Shown here one piece after another: positions 41,423-50,185 of a stretch of 64,000 nt of DNA. The stretch is from Candidatus Omnitrophota bacterium (lineage in GTDB: Bacteria > Omnitrophota > Gorgyraeia > Gygaellales > Profunditerraquicolaceae), in the NCBI GenBank assembly GCA_016208765.1, contig JACQXK010000012.1:18152-82151 (forward strand). Reading direction: 5' to 3'. Numbering within the stretch: the first letter of the stretch is position 1; every line of letters begins with the position of its first letter. The notes under the pieces are model-generated. The model was given only the letters and a program-made list of their open reading frames with translations, was not told the DNA's origin and searched no databases. The position numbers and the translations under genes are program-made.

Positions 41423-43522
41423 TTATTCTTTTGATGCGCTGTCTTCTTGCTTCAAGGCCTGTTTCCTGCTGAGGTTAATTCTTCCTAACTCATCTATACC
41501 GATAACCTTAACCTGGATCTCGTCGCCAATCTTAACTACTTCTTCAACGCTCTTTACAAAATGATCAGATAATTCAGAAACATGCACAAGGCCCTCTTTA
41601 CGGGGAGCAATCTCGCAAAACGCACCAAAAGCCATGATCCGCTTTACCTTGGCATTATAAATACGGCCAACTTCAATATCATCAGTGATCGCCTTGATCA
41701 TCCTGATTGCTGCATCTGATTTAATAGCATCGGATGAGCCGACTAATATTGTGCCGTCATCCTGAATATCAATGGTTGCCCCTGTTGAAGCAATAATACC
41801 CTTAATAGTTTTTCCTCCGGGCCCAATAACCTCGCCTATCTTTTCAGTGTTTATCTTTAAGACATCAATACGCGGAGCATAACTGGAAAGTTGAGCACGC
41901 GGCTGGGAAAGCGCAGCGTTCATTTTCTCTAAGATGATCATCCTTGCTTCTTTTGAACGCTTGACACACTCCTCCAGCAATTCAACTGAAATTCCGTCTA
42001 TTTTTAAATCAAGTTGCACTGCAGTGATCCCGTTTTTAGTGCCTGCAACTTTAAAATCCATATCCCCAAAATGATCCTCAAGCCCGGAAATATCCGTAAG
42101 AATGGCAGTTTTTTTACCCTCTTTAATCAAGCCCAGGGCCACACCGGAGACCGTATCTTTAATTGGAACGCCTGCGTCCATTAAAGACAAGGTAGCCGCG
42201 CAAACTGTAGCCATACTTGAAGAACCGTTAGACTCCAGGATCTCTGAAACAACCCTGACAGTATAAGGGAATTTCTCCTTTGAAGGGATTACCGCAAGAA
42301 GGGCCTTTTCTGCCAAGGCGCCATGGCCGATCTCTCTTCTGCCCGGGCCGCGTACCGGCCCAGTTTCTCCGACGCTAAAAGGTGGAAAACTATAATGCAG
42401 CATAAATGATTTATACTTTTCCCCCTCTAATGCTTCAACCATCTGCTCATCTTCACCTGTACCCAAAGTCGTTACTGCCAGGCTCTGGGTCTGCCCACGA
42501 GTAAATAAACTTGAACCATGTGTGCGCGGGAGCACAGAAACCTCGCAAGTTATCGGCCTGATATCATAAAATGATCTGCCGTCAATACGAACGTTATTAT
42601 TAAGGATAATATTTCTCACCTGTTCTTTTTCCACTTCCACAAGCGCTGATTTTACATCGCCTACAGCGCAAGTTTCACAAACAAGCTTCTCTTCCAACTC
42701 TTTAGATAATAGATCAACTTGTTCTTCTCTTTGTTCCTTTTGGCTTAGGCCGTATATTTCTTTTAATTTATCACCAGCCAAATCTTGAACCTGCTTTAAA
42801 AGCCCGGCATCAATATTTTTGTACTTGGCTTCAATCTTAGGCTTGCCGCACTGCTTACGAAATTCTTCCTGCACGGCTAAAATACTGCGTAAATTTTCCT
42901 CGCCAAACTTTAATGCCTCCATATAAACTTCTTCAGAAACTTCTTTAGCCCTTGACTCAAGCATCACAATGCCATTGGCATTGGCTGCCACAATCACTTC
43001 CAGGTCTGCAGTATCTAATTCCGCATACGTAGGATTAAGGATAAAGCCGTTGTTAACATGCGCCACCCGGCAGCAAGCCAAAGGCCCGTTAAAAGGTATA
43101 TCTGAAATAGTTAAAGCGCAAGATGCGCCGATAAGCGATAAAATATCCGGGTCATTTTCTCCGTCACTGGAAAGGACAATCGCCATAATCTGGACTTCAT
43201 TTAGCATCCCTTTGGGAAACAATGGCCTGGTAGGGCGGTCAATAAGGCGGGCGCTTAAGATCTCGCTTTCTGACGGCCTTCCTTCTCTTTTAAAGAAACC
43301 TCCGGGGATCCTTCCTGCAGCATAGGTTTTTTCCTGGTATTCCACGGTTAAAGGAAAAAAATCCTGCCCTTCCCTGATCCTTTTAGACATACATGCAGTC
43401 ACAAGCACCACGGTCCCGCCATAAGTTACCACCACTGAACCGTTTGCCTGTTTTGCAACCTTGCCGGTTTCTAAGATTAAGTCATTTTTTCCAAATTTCA
43501 CTTTTAGGATACTATTTTGCAT
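41423..43522 (-). CDS. pnp: polyribonucleotide nucleotidyltransferase
   Basis: 699 aa, two RNase PH domains, KH and S1 domains. Confidence 0.9.
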   Translation of the reverse strand: MQNSILKVKFGKNDLILETGKVAKQANGSVVVTYGGTVVLVTACMSKRIREGQDFFPLTVEYQEKTYAAGRIPGGFFKREGRPSESEILSARLIDRPTRPLFPKGMLNEVQIMAIVLSSDGENDPDILSLIGASCALTISDIPFNGPLACCRVAHVNNGFILNPTYAELDTADLEVIVAANANGIVMLESRAKEVSEEVYMEALKFGEENLRSILAVQEEFRKQCGKPKIEAKYKNIDAGLLKQVQDLAGDKLKEIYGLSQKEQREEQVDLLSKELEEKLVCETCAVGDVKSALVEVEKEQVRNIILNNNVRIDGRSFYDIRPITCEVSVLPRTHGSSLFTRGQTQSLAVTTLGTGEDEQMVEALEGEKYKSFMLHYSFPPFSVGETGPVRGPGRREIGHGALAEKALLAVIPSKEKFPYTVRVVSEILESNGSSSMATVCAATLSLMDAGVPIKDTVSGVALGLIKEGKKTAILTDISGLEDHFGDMDFKVAGTKNGITAVQLDLKIDGISVELLEECVKRSKEARMIILEKMNAALSQPRAQLSSYAPRIDVLKINTEKIGEVIGPGGKTIKGIIASTGATIDIQDDGTILVGSSDAIKSDAAIRMIKAITDDIEVGRIYNAKVKRIMAFGAFCEIAPRKEGLVHVSELSDHFVKSVEEVVKIGDEIQVKVIGIDELGRINLSRKQALKQEDSASKE

Positions 43523-43558
43523 AATTATATTTTCCTTTTTGAGTTATTAAACCCCGGT

Positions 43559-43837
43559 TTACTTTCTCAAGCTTAGCTTCTCTAAGACTTCTTCGTACTT
43601 CTTTAAGTCTTTTTTCTTGAGATAATTGAGGAGTCTGCGGCGCTTCCCTACAAGGCTGAGCAAGCCGCGGCGAGAATGAAAATCTTTCTTGTGTGCTTTA
43701 AAATGATCACCTAAGACATTAATTCTCTCAGTCAGGATTGCAATCTGCACTTCAGCTGAACCTGTATCCCTGGCATGTGATTTAAATTCATCAATAATTT
43801 TCGTTTTGTTTTCTTTTACTAACGTCAATGTCGTCAC
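43559..43837 (-). CDS. rpsO: 30S ribosomal protein S15 (GTG start)
   Basis: 92 aa, HSRRGLL...RRRLLNYL signature; immediately upstream of pnp. Confidence 0.9.
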   Translation of the reverse strand: MTTLTLVKENKTKIIDEFKSHARDTGSAEVQIAILTERINVLGDHFKAHKKDFHSRRGLLSLVGKRRRLLNYLKKKDLKKYEEVLEKLSLRK

Positions 43838-43859
43838 CCCTTTCTATGTAATTATGGTA

Positions 43860-43888
43860 ATTATACGCTATTTTTATGAATAAGTCAA
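43860..43888 (-). promoter_or_regulatory. sigma70-type promoter of rpsO-pnp (TTGACT-17-TATAAT)
   Basis: minus-strand -35 at 43888..43883, -10 at 43865..43860. Confidence 0.6.
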
Positions 43889-43907
43889 AATAATTTCTTT
43901 ATATTTT

Positions 43908-44561
43908 TCAGCCCAGCTCGGCTTCAAGCTTCTGAATTAAGCTGGCAGCTTCCTTAATAATACCGGCAGAAACCAGTTTTTGCGATTCAATTTCCTGCTT
44001 AATGGCTTTCAAGGTACCTAAAAACCTTCTCACTGTAGCAAGCCGCTTTTTCTCAAAAGCCTCATCCGGATCCAACTCCTGTCTTTGTCGTATCAGAGTA
44101 GTCAAATCTCTCTTGGCATCACGGGCATCCCTGCCTTTTTCAAAAATCTCTTTTTTAAGGCTATTGTAGTCATCCGCATCAATTATCTTCTTATTTTTTG
44201 CCTGGCGTAAAACATCAATGGATTCGTAGCTGGGCAAAGTAGCAGGCTGGGCATTTTCTTTATAATCTTCTTTAAGAAGTGCAGGCTCTTCTTTTTCCAA
44301 GAAATAATAAGAACGTAGCAATTTCATTGCTGTCTGCTTCCTGATGCCGATTTCCTTGGCAGAATAAATATCAAACGTGCTATACCCCCAATTCTTGAAC
44401 AATTTATCTTTATAAACAGAGTAAAGCGACCTGCCTAATTCTACCCACGAGGTTTTAAAGTTCTTGGCACTGTCTAAAATATGGTAACGCAGCGAATCCG
44501 CATCCATATTTTCCATTTTTTCTTCAAGGTTCCTTAAAGACTTGGGTTTTACATTTTCCAT
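43908..44561 (-). CDS. hypothetical protein
   Basis: 217 aa, charged/helical, no recognisable motif. Confidence 0.5.
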   Translation of the reverse strand: MENVKPKSLRNLEEKMENMDADSLRYHILDSAKNFKTSWVELGRSLYSVYKDKLFKNWGYSTFDIYSAKEIGIRKQTAMKLLRSYYFLEKEEPALLKEDYKENAQPATLPSYESIDVLRQAKNKKIIDADDYNSLKKEIFEKGRDARDAKRDLTTLIRQRQELDPDEAFEKKRLATVRRFLGTLKAIKQEIESQKLVSAGIIKEAASLIQKLEAELG

Positions 44562-44562
44562 A

Positions 44563-45201
44563 TTAGCCTCTTTTCCCCACTAAACGATACTCTTGCAAAA
44601 ACCCCCTGATAACACGAGTAATACTGGCAAAATCCCTTGATAAAAGCCACTCTCTTTTAAAAACTCCTGCTCCAAAAGAAACTGCGCTCGCCCCACTTGA
44701 AAAATAAGTTCTTAAATTTTCTGCGGTAACACCGGCGCAGGCTAAAAGCTCAATATCATTGAACGGCCCTTTAATTTCCTTAAAATATTCAGGGCCAAAG
44801 AATTTTGCCGGAAAAACCTTAACCATAGTCGCTCCCATTTGCCAGGCTTGAAAAATCTCCTGCGGGGTAAGCGCCCCGGGGAAAACCGGAATTTTATTTT
44901 TAACGCAATACTCCATTACTTCCTTAACTACCACCGGACTGACAATAAAAGTAGCCCCTGAATCAAGCGCAAGTTTTAAATCCTGCATCGTTAACACCGT
45001 ACCTGCCCCGATAGTTAAATGGCCATCAGCAAGCTGAACAGTTTTTTTAATTAACTCAGGGGCCGACTTGGTATTCATTGTAATTTCAATAGTCTTTAAG
45101 CCGCTTGCAATAACTGCCTGAATAAGCGGCTCAATTATTTCCGGCTCTATGCCCCTTAAAATACCGAGTATCGGCAGTTTTTTAAATTCTTCTATTTTCA
45201 T
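44563..45201 (-). CDS. eda: 2-dehydro-3-deoxyphosphogluconate / 4-hydroxy-2-oxoglutarate aldolase
   Basis: 212 aa KDPG aldolase family TIM barrel. Confidence 0.75.
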   Translation of the reverse strand: MKIEEFKKLPILGILRGIEPEIIEPLIQAVIASGLKTIEITMNTKSAPELIKKTVQLADGHLTIGAGTVLTMQDLKLALDSGATFIVSPVVVKEVMEYCVKNKIPVFPGALTPQEIFQAWQMGATMVKVFPAKFFGPEYFKEIKGPFNDIELLACAGVTAENLRTYFSSGASAVSFGAGVFKREWLLSRDFASITRVIRGFLQEYRLVGKRG

Positions 45202-45221
45202 TTTTGCATCCCGCCCAAATC

Positions 45222-46172
45222 TTAATCCTCATCCTGGCCAACCAAGCTGTCATAAAACTCACGGTAGTTTTCTTTTTTATTACTCTCGCGCAAAGCAATT
45301 GCTGTGCGCGGATGTTCATCAAGAATACCGGTTATGGCATAAGGAATAATATATCCCCATTCCATTTTCTCCCGCAGGGGAATAAATTCCTTTGAAATTA
45401 AATCCAGCACCGGCCGGATGTCAAACTTTGGATTCTTCAGGAATCCCAGTATTAACTCAAGCGGGCAATTCCCCGCCGCTCTCCCCAACCCGTAAACAGT
45501 AGCATCAACAAAATTCGCATCATGGATAATTGCCTCAATGGTATTACTAAAAGCAAGCTGCTGATTATTATGAGCATGAATCCCCACTTCTTTTGTCTTA
45601 AGGATACTCTTTGCTTTCTTAATCAGAAACTCGGTACTTTCCTGATACAAAGCACCAAAACTATCAACGATATAAATCACCTGAGCCTTTGCTTCTTTCT
45701 CAAGTTGAATCAAGCATTCCGTCAACTCATTATCCAGGGCCTTTGAAATAGCCATGATGTTAACCGCAGTTTCATAACCCTTATCTGCAAATCCATTCGC
45801 AAGATAAATTGCTTTATCTATATCCTTAACGTATGACGCCACTCTCACCATAGAAACCGGGCTTTCTTTGCGCGGCTTTATATCCTCCATATCCACCCTG
45901 TCCACATCCACCATTACAGAAATCTTTGTTTTTGACTCAATGCCCTCAATAACTTTTTTGATATCATCGTCATCACAAAACTTCCATTTGCCGAATTTCT
46001 TAGGATCAAAGAGTTTTTTGGAATTTTTGTAACCGATTTCCATGTAATCAACACCCGCCTCAGAAAGCGCCTTATAAACCTCGCGCACAAAACGAAAATC
46101 AAAATCATGGTTATTTATCAAGCCACCGTCTCGTATCGTGCAATCAAGAACCTTAATTTTTTCCCTGAACAT
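45222..46172 (-). CDS. HMGL-like (DRE-TIM metallolyase) family aldolase, 4-hydroxy-2-oxovalerate aldolase-like
   Basis: 316 aa, N-terminal LDCTIRDGG and HAHNN metal-binding motifs of the pyruvate carboxyltransferase domain. Confidence 0.65.
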   Translation of the reverse strand: MFREKIKVLDCTIRDGGLINNHDFDFRFVREVYKALSEAGVDYMEIGYKNSKKLFDPKKFGKWKFCDDDDIKKVIEGIESKTKISVMVDVDRVDMEDIKPRKESPVSMVRVASYVKDIDKAIYLANGFADKGYETAVNIMAISKALDNELTECLIQLEKEAKAQVIYIVDSFGALYQESTEFLIKKAKSILKTKEVGIHAHNNQQLAFSNTIEAIIHDANFVDATVYGLGRAAGNCPLELILGFLKNPKFDIRPVLDLISKEFIPLREKMEWGYIIPYAITGILDEHPRTAIALRESNKKENYREFYDSLVGQDED

Positions 46173-46186
46173 TTACTGAACCTCCT

Positions 46187-46489
46187 CTATTTAACCCTTA
46201 GCGCAATATCCATAATTGTCCTAACCAAAAACCACTGCAAAAAAATAATTACAAGAATAGCAATTACAGGCGATATGTCAATGCCCATCCTTAGCCCAAA
46301 AGGCAGCAATCTTCTTATCCGTTCAAGTATCGGATCGGTAGTTTTGTACAAAAACTGGACTATCGGATTAAACGGGTCCGGATTAACCCAGCTGATAAGA
46401 GCGCGAATCAAAATCAACCAGTAAAGAAAAGTTAAAGCAATATCAACTATTTTAGAAACAGCAATGAGAAAATTTGAAAAAATAAACAT
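46187..46489 (-). CDS. yggT: YggT family membrane protein
   Basis: 100 aa, two TM helices, YGGT repeat signature. Confidence 0.7.
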   Translation of the reverse strand: MFIFSNFLIAVSKIVDIALTFLYWLILIRALISWVNPDPFNPIVQFLYKTTDPILERIRRLLPFGLRMGIDISPVIAILVIIFLQWFLVRTIMDIALRVK

Positions 46490-46492
46490 GGG

Positions 46493-48502
46493 CTATTTTA
46501 TCCCCCAGACTATCTTCTTGTATTCATCAAGCATACGGTAAGTATTAAAATGCCCTCCGCAGGCAATACAGTTAATCATATAATCAATCCACTTGGAGGA
46601 AAAATCAATTTTGCCCCGGCTGTTTGTTTTGTAATACAAATCTACGATTTCCTCAAGGCTTGAGTATAATTTTTGCGCATCATCCTGAATATGTAAATTA
46701 AACTCATCCCCGATCTTACCCTCTTCATTTCTGTAACCAAAGATCTTCCCGATTTCTTTATCCGCAGCTTCTGCAACCCACCCGTCAAAAGTGCTGATCT
46801 GGATCACACCATTTAGAATTGCTTTCATGCCGCTTGTCCCGCTTGCCTCAAACGGCGGGAGCGGGTTATTCAACCAGACATCCACTCCGGAAGTAAGCAT
46901 TTTTGCCAGGTATATTTCATAGTTCTCAAGCACGATTACTTTCAAGTAGTCATAGACATTTGTCAGGCCGTCAACTTTATCAAGAATCTGGTTAATATAA
47001 GTAAAACCCAGATCGTCCTGCGGATGAGCCTTACCGGCAAAAATTATCTGGATAGGGCCAATTCTTTTGGCAATATCCAACAGCCGGTTAATATCCTGCA
47101 AAATGAGGCTCGGCCTTTTATAGGCAGCGATTCTTCTCGCCCAGCAGATAGTAAAGATATCCTGGCCCAACTTCCAGTTATTTAAGAAATTACAAAGCAC
47201 GGCCTTATTGGCCTGATGCGCCTGCCAGACATCTGCGCGGAACTTCTGGTCATTCTTCAAGGCCAGGGCTTTTTCAAGCGCCATTGGGTTTGCTTTCACA
47301 TCCCCAAAAGCAGAAGAAAAATTATTAAACACCTGCTTGAAGTTATCTGATATCCAGGTATGCGGATGCACGCCATTAGTGACATATTTTATATTATCCC
47401 TGTATTCCGGAAACTGAATATGCATAACCTTCTGGTGATTAAGGGAAACTGTGTTTATCACCCGCGAAACATTCATTGCAAGAAGCGTCAGATTAACCAC
47501 GCCGCCGGAATCCTTGCCGAAATTATAAGCAATATCCAGGTCTTCCTTCTTAATGACCTTACTTAAATTATCATAGGAGAATTTATCATGCCCTGCCTGG
47601 ACAGGCGTGTGGCAAGTATACACAAAGTGTTTTTTTAAATCATTTATTTCTTGCGGGTTCATCCCCCTCGCTTTTTCAACAAAAGCAAAAACAGCGTGCC
47701 CTTCATTAAGGTGGAATGTGTCAATGTTGTAACCGAGCCCGTCTAAGGCCGCCACTCCGCCTTTACCCAGAATAATTCTTTGCAAAGCCTTGATCCAGAC
47801 ATTGTCACTGCGATACAACTGGTCGGTGAGCCTGCGGGCACGGTCGCTATTTGGCTCAATATTAGAATCCAACAAAATTAAAGGAATTGCATAATCCTGC
47901 GCATAATTGTAAACATAATACTTCCATAGCTTCAAGGTTACTTCTTCATTTTTTAAGGAAATCTTCACTCTGTTTTTTAACGGGATAAGCCCTGGGTATG
48001 AACCCAGATGCCAGCGCATTTGTTCAGGAGCCTGCCCATACTTAAACCAAAATTTTTGGCGAAAATAACCTGCGTTCCAAAGCATGCCGACACACGCAAC
48101 CGGCAAACGATAATCTGCCATGGTTTTAGCCGTATCTCCTGCCAGGACACCCAGGCCGCCGCTATAAATAGGAAGGTCAATAATATTATTCAGGTTTAAC
48201 TCAAAAAAATAATCAGCCAGCCGGAAATTTGAAAATACTTCCTGCTCCTGGCTCATATTCTTTTCATCTATGGGGATATTTGAAGAAAATTTATTATAAA
48301 AACTTGTAGCCAAGCCATACTCCATAGAAAAATAAGCTATACACTTTTCTTTCTCTGTGCGCAGGCGCTTCTCGCAGTCAATAATACTCTTAAGAGGCAT
48401 GCCAAAATATTTACCCTCTAATATGTTTCTGCAGTAATCACTATCAAAATTCTCTACATCAACGAGCGACAAAAACTCAGAAACTAATTTACTATTTCCC
48501 AT
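46493..48502 (-). CDS. glgP: alpha-glucan (glycogen/maltodextrin) phosphorylase, GT35
   Basis: 669 aa, PLP-lysine motif EASGTSGMK. Confidence 0.8.
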   Translation of the reverse strand: MGNSKLVSEFLSLVDVENFDSDYCRNILEGKYFGMPLKSIIDCEKRLRTEKEKCIAYFSMEYGLATSFYNKFSSNIPIDEKNMSQEQEVFSNFRLADYFFELNLNNIIDLPIYSGGLGVLAGDTAKTMADYRLPVACVGMLWNAGYFRQKFWFKYGQAPEQMRWHLGSYPGLIPLKNRVKISLKNEEVTLKLWKYYVYNYAQDYAIPLILLDSNIEPNSDRARRLTDQLYRSDNVWIKALQRIILGKGGVAALDGLGYNIDTFHLNEGHAVFAFVEKARGMNPQEINDLKKHFVYTCHTPVQAGHDKFSYDNLSKVIKKEDLDIAYNFGKDSGGVVNLTLLAMNVSRVINTVSLNHQKVMHIQFPEYRDNIKYVTNGVHPHTWISDNFKQVFNNFSSAFGDVKANPMALEKALALKNDQKFRADVWQAHQANKAVLCNFLNNWKLGQDIFTICWARRIAAYKRPSLILQDINRLLDIAKRIGPIQIIFAGKAHPQDDLGFTYINQILDKVDGLTNVYDYLKVIVLENYEIYLAKMLTSGVDVWLNNPLPPFEASGTSGMKAILNGVIQISTFDGWVAEAADKEIGKIFGYRNEEGKIGDEFNLHIQDDAQKLYSSLEEIVDLYYKTNSRGKIDFSSKWIDYMINCIACGGHFNTYRMLDEYKKIVWGIK

Positions 48503-48512
48503 TTAGCCCTTT

Positions 48513-49271
48513 CTATTTTTTCTTTGCTACCTCTGGAATAATTGTTTTTAAGGCCTTTTGCCTGTCTTCAACATACGGATGCGTACGAAAATAACCAAGA
48601 ATTTTCCAACTCGGCCCCTCGCCCTGCTTGATCTTTTCCAATGCGTTAATTGCCCCATACGGATTAAACCCGGCCAGATAAGCATACTTCACTCCCAACC
48701 GGTCTGCTTCGTATTCATCCTTTCGGCTGTAACTTAAAGATATAAGATTATATACCGTATCTACTCCTTGAGCAATAGTTTGTGCATTTTCACCTGAGCC
48801 ACTGCCTGTCCCGGCAAATGCAACCCCAAGAAGCAACTGATACGCCATATTAGACTGAATTTTTTTAGCGATATGCCGCGCAGCAACATGGCCAACCTCA
48901 TGCGCTAAAACGTAGGCCAGTTCATCATCATTCAACACATCCATCAGGCCCTTGTTCATAAAAATAAAACCGCCGGGAAAAGTAGAAGCATTCAGTTCTT
49001 TATCTTCAATGACATAAAAATTATATTCAATGTCTTTACGCTCAGATACAAACGCTACTTTGCGGCCGATTGCCAAGGCTCTTTCCTGCATTTTCTGGTC
49101 GCGCACAAGAGGATGCTCTTTAATAAAATCATTAACAACGCTCCTGCCTAATTGGACTTCGGTCTGGCTGTTGATCATGATAAATTCATTTCTGCCGGTT
49201 GCAGGATTATATAAAGTAGAGCAGCCTGATAAAAAAAACGCAAAAATCACTAACAACAACTTCTTTACCAT
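48513..49271 (-). CDS. M48 family zinc metalloprotease, lipoprotein
   Basis: 252 aa, lipobox LSGC, HEVGHVAARH zinc motif. Confidence 0.75.
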   Translation of the reverse strand: MVKKLLLVIFAFFLSGCSTLYNPATGRNEFIMINSQTEVQLGRSVVNDFIKEHPLVRDQKMQERALAIGRKVAFVSERKDIEYNFYVIEDKELNASTFPGGFIFMNKGLMDVLNDDELAYVLAHEVGHVAARHIAKKIQSNMAYQLLLGVAFAGTGSGSGENAQTIAQGVDTVYNLISLSYSRKDEYEADRLGVKYAYLAGFNPYGAINALEKIKQGEGPSWKILGYFRTHPYVEDRQKALKTIIPEVAKKK

Positions 49272-49723
49272 ATAAACTGGATCATTGTTTTACCTGCATT
49301 AGAATGGAGCACTCTCGGACCCAAGTCCGAGGTTTCCTGTTCCTTCGCCTTGTCGGGGCGGAATCCCGACGGACTCCGTCCGCGGTCTGAAGACCGCGGT
49401 TTTGAAACGTCGGGATAAATTCTTAGGCTAAACATCACATTATTCTTTTTTACTGATGCATCAAAAATATTGTTTTGCCTCCCTCTAATAACACTAAAAC
49501 TATCTCCATTAAGAAACGCCTCGTAAAAAGAAATCACTTCATCTAACGGCTTATCTACTTCATAGGTAACAATTCTTGCAGAACTACCCTGCTCAATTGA
49601 CTGTTTTTTTAGGCTGGCTCCTGCGATTATCATAATCTGCATCCCAGAGATCTCCAAAGCGTAAAGCGCGCCTGAACAAATATTCAAAATAATTAAAAAT
49701 AATACAATAATCTTGGTTTTCAC
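49265..49723 (-). CDS. hypothetical secreted protein; C-terminal roughly 45 codons read through a GC-rich hairpin island (49304..49403)
   Basis: 152 aa, N-terminal signal peptide; 7-nt overlap with downstream M48 gene. Confidence 0.5.
   Translation of the reverse strand: MKTKIIVLFLIILNICSGALYALEISGMQIMIIAGASLKKQSIEQGSSARIVTYEVDKPLDEVISFYEAFLNGDSFSVIRGRQNNIFDASVKKNNVMFSLRIYPDVSKPRSSDRGRSPSGFRPDKAKEQETSDLGPRVLHSNAGKTMIQFIW
49380..49403 (+). terminator. terminator-like hairpin CCGCGGTC-UGAA-GACCGCGG followed by UUUU on the plus strand, inside the 3' end of the minus-strand ORF
   Basis: perfect 8-bp GC stem plus T4; orientation is plus although no plus-strand gene lies upstream. Confidence 0.4.
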
Positions 49724-49819
49724 GATTTATTCCTCCAAAATATGATGAGGTTTAATTTTACAGCCATAAACAGCTATTTTCAATAAAAAGTTTGAACACA
49801 TTCTCTAAGCTTTATTTTC

Positions 49820-49847
49820 TTGACAATGCCGGATTTTCCGGTATACT
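49820..49847 (+). promoter_or_regulatory. sigma70-type promoter of rpmB (TTGACA-16-TATACT) containing the palindrome CCGGATTTTCCGG
   Basis: -35 49820..49825, -10 49842..49847, RBS AAAGGAG before ATG 49871. Confidence 0.6.
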
Positions 49848-49870
49848 TTTTATCCACAGTAAAGGAGTGA

Positions 49871-50107
49871 TTGAATATGTTAAAGAAATGTGCAATATGC
49901 AAAAAAGGCGAGCAAACAGGCAAAACAGTAACCCGCAAGGGCCAATATAAAAGCAAAGGCGGCACCGGAAGCAAGATCAGCCGCTGGACAAAACGCAAAT
50001 TCCTGCCTAACCTGCAAAAGATGCGTATTATGATTGCCGGGCACCCTAAAAAAGTTTTTGTCTGCGCAAAATGCATCAAAAAAGGCCTGATACAAAAAGC
50101 CAAATAG
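49871..50107 (+). CDS. rpmB: 50S ribosomal protein L28
   Basis: 78 aa, C..C...C..C zinc-ribbon L28 signature, basic. Confidence 0.8.
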   Translation: MNMLKKCAICKKGEQTGKTVTRKGQYKSKGGTGSKISRWTKRKFLPNLQKMRIMIAGHPKKVFVCAKCIKKGLIQKAK

Positions 50108-50123
50108 GTTACTAAATCTAAAT

Positions 50124-50160
50124 CCCGGCCGAACAAAAATAAACGGCCGGGATATTTTTT
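50124..50160 (+). terminator. rho-independent terminator CCCGGCCG-loop-CGGCCGGG plus T7, after rpmB (possibly bidirectional with recJ)
   Basis: stem 50124..50131 / 50144..50151, T-run 50154..50160. Confidence 0.75.
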
Positions 50161-50185
50161 GGCACCACAATAAAAATTTAAACAA

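Noticed and set aside
43523-43558. Expected RNase III hairpin between rpsO and pnp
   Set aside because: The intergenic gap is only 36 nt and contains no convincing stem; not called.
49780-50185. Two minus-strand ORFs of 118 and 101 aa
   Set aside because: Both overlap the plus-strand rpmB (L28) gene, which has promoter, RBS, L28 signature and terminator; antisense artefacts.
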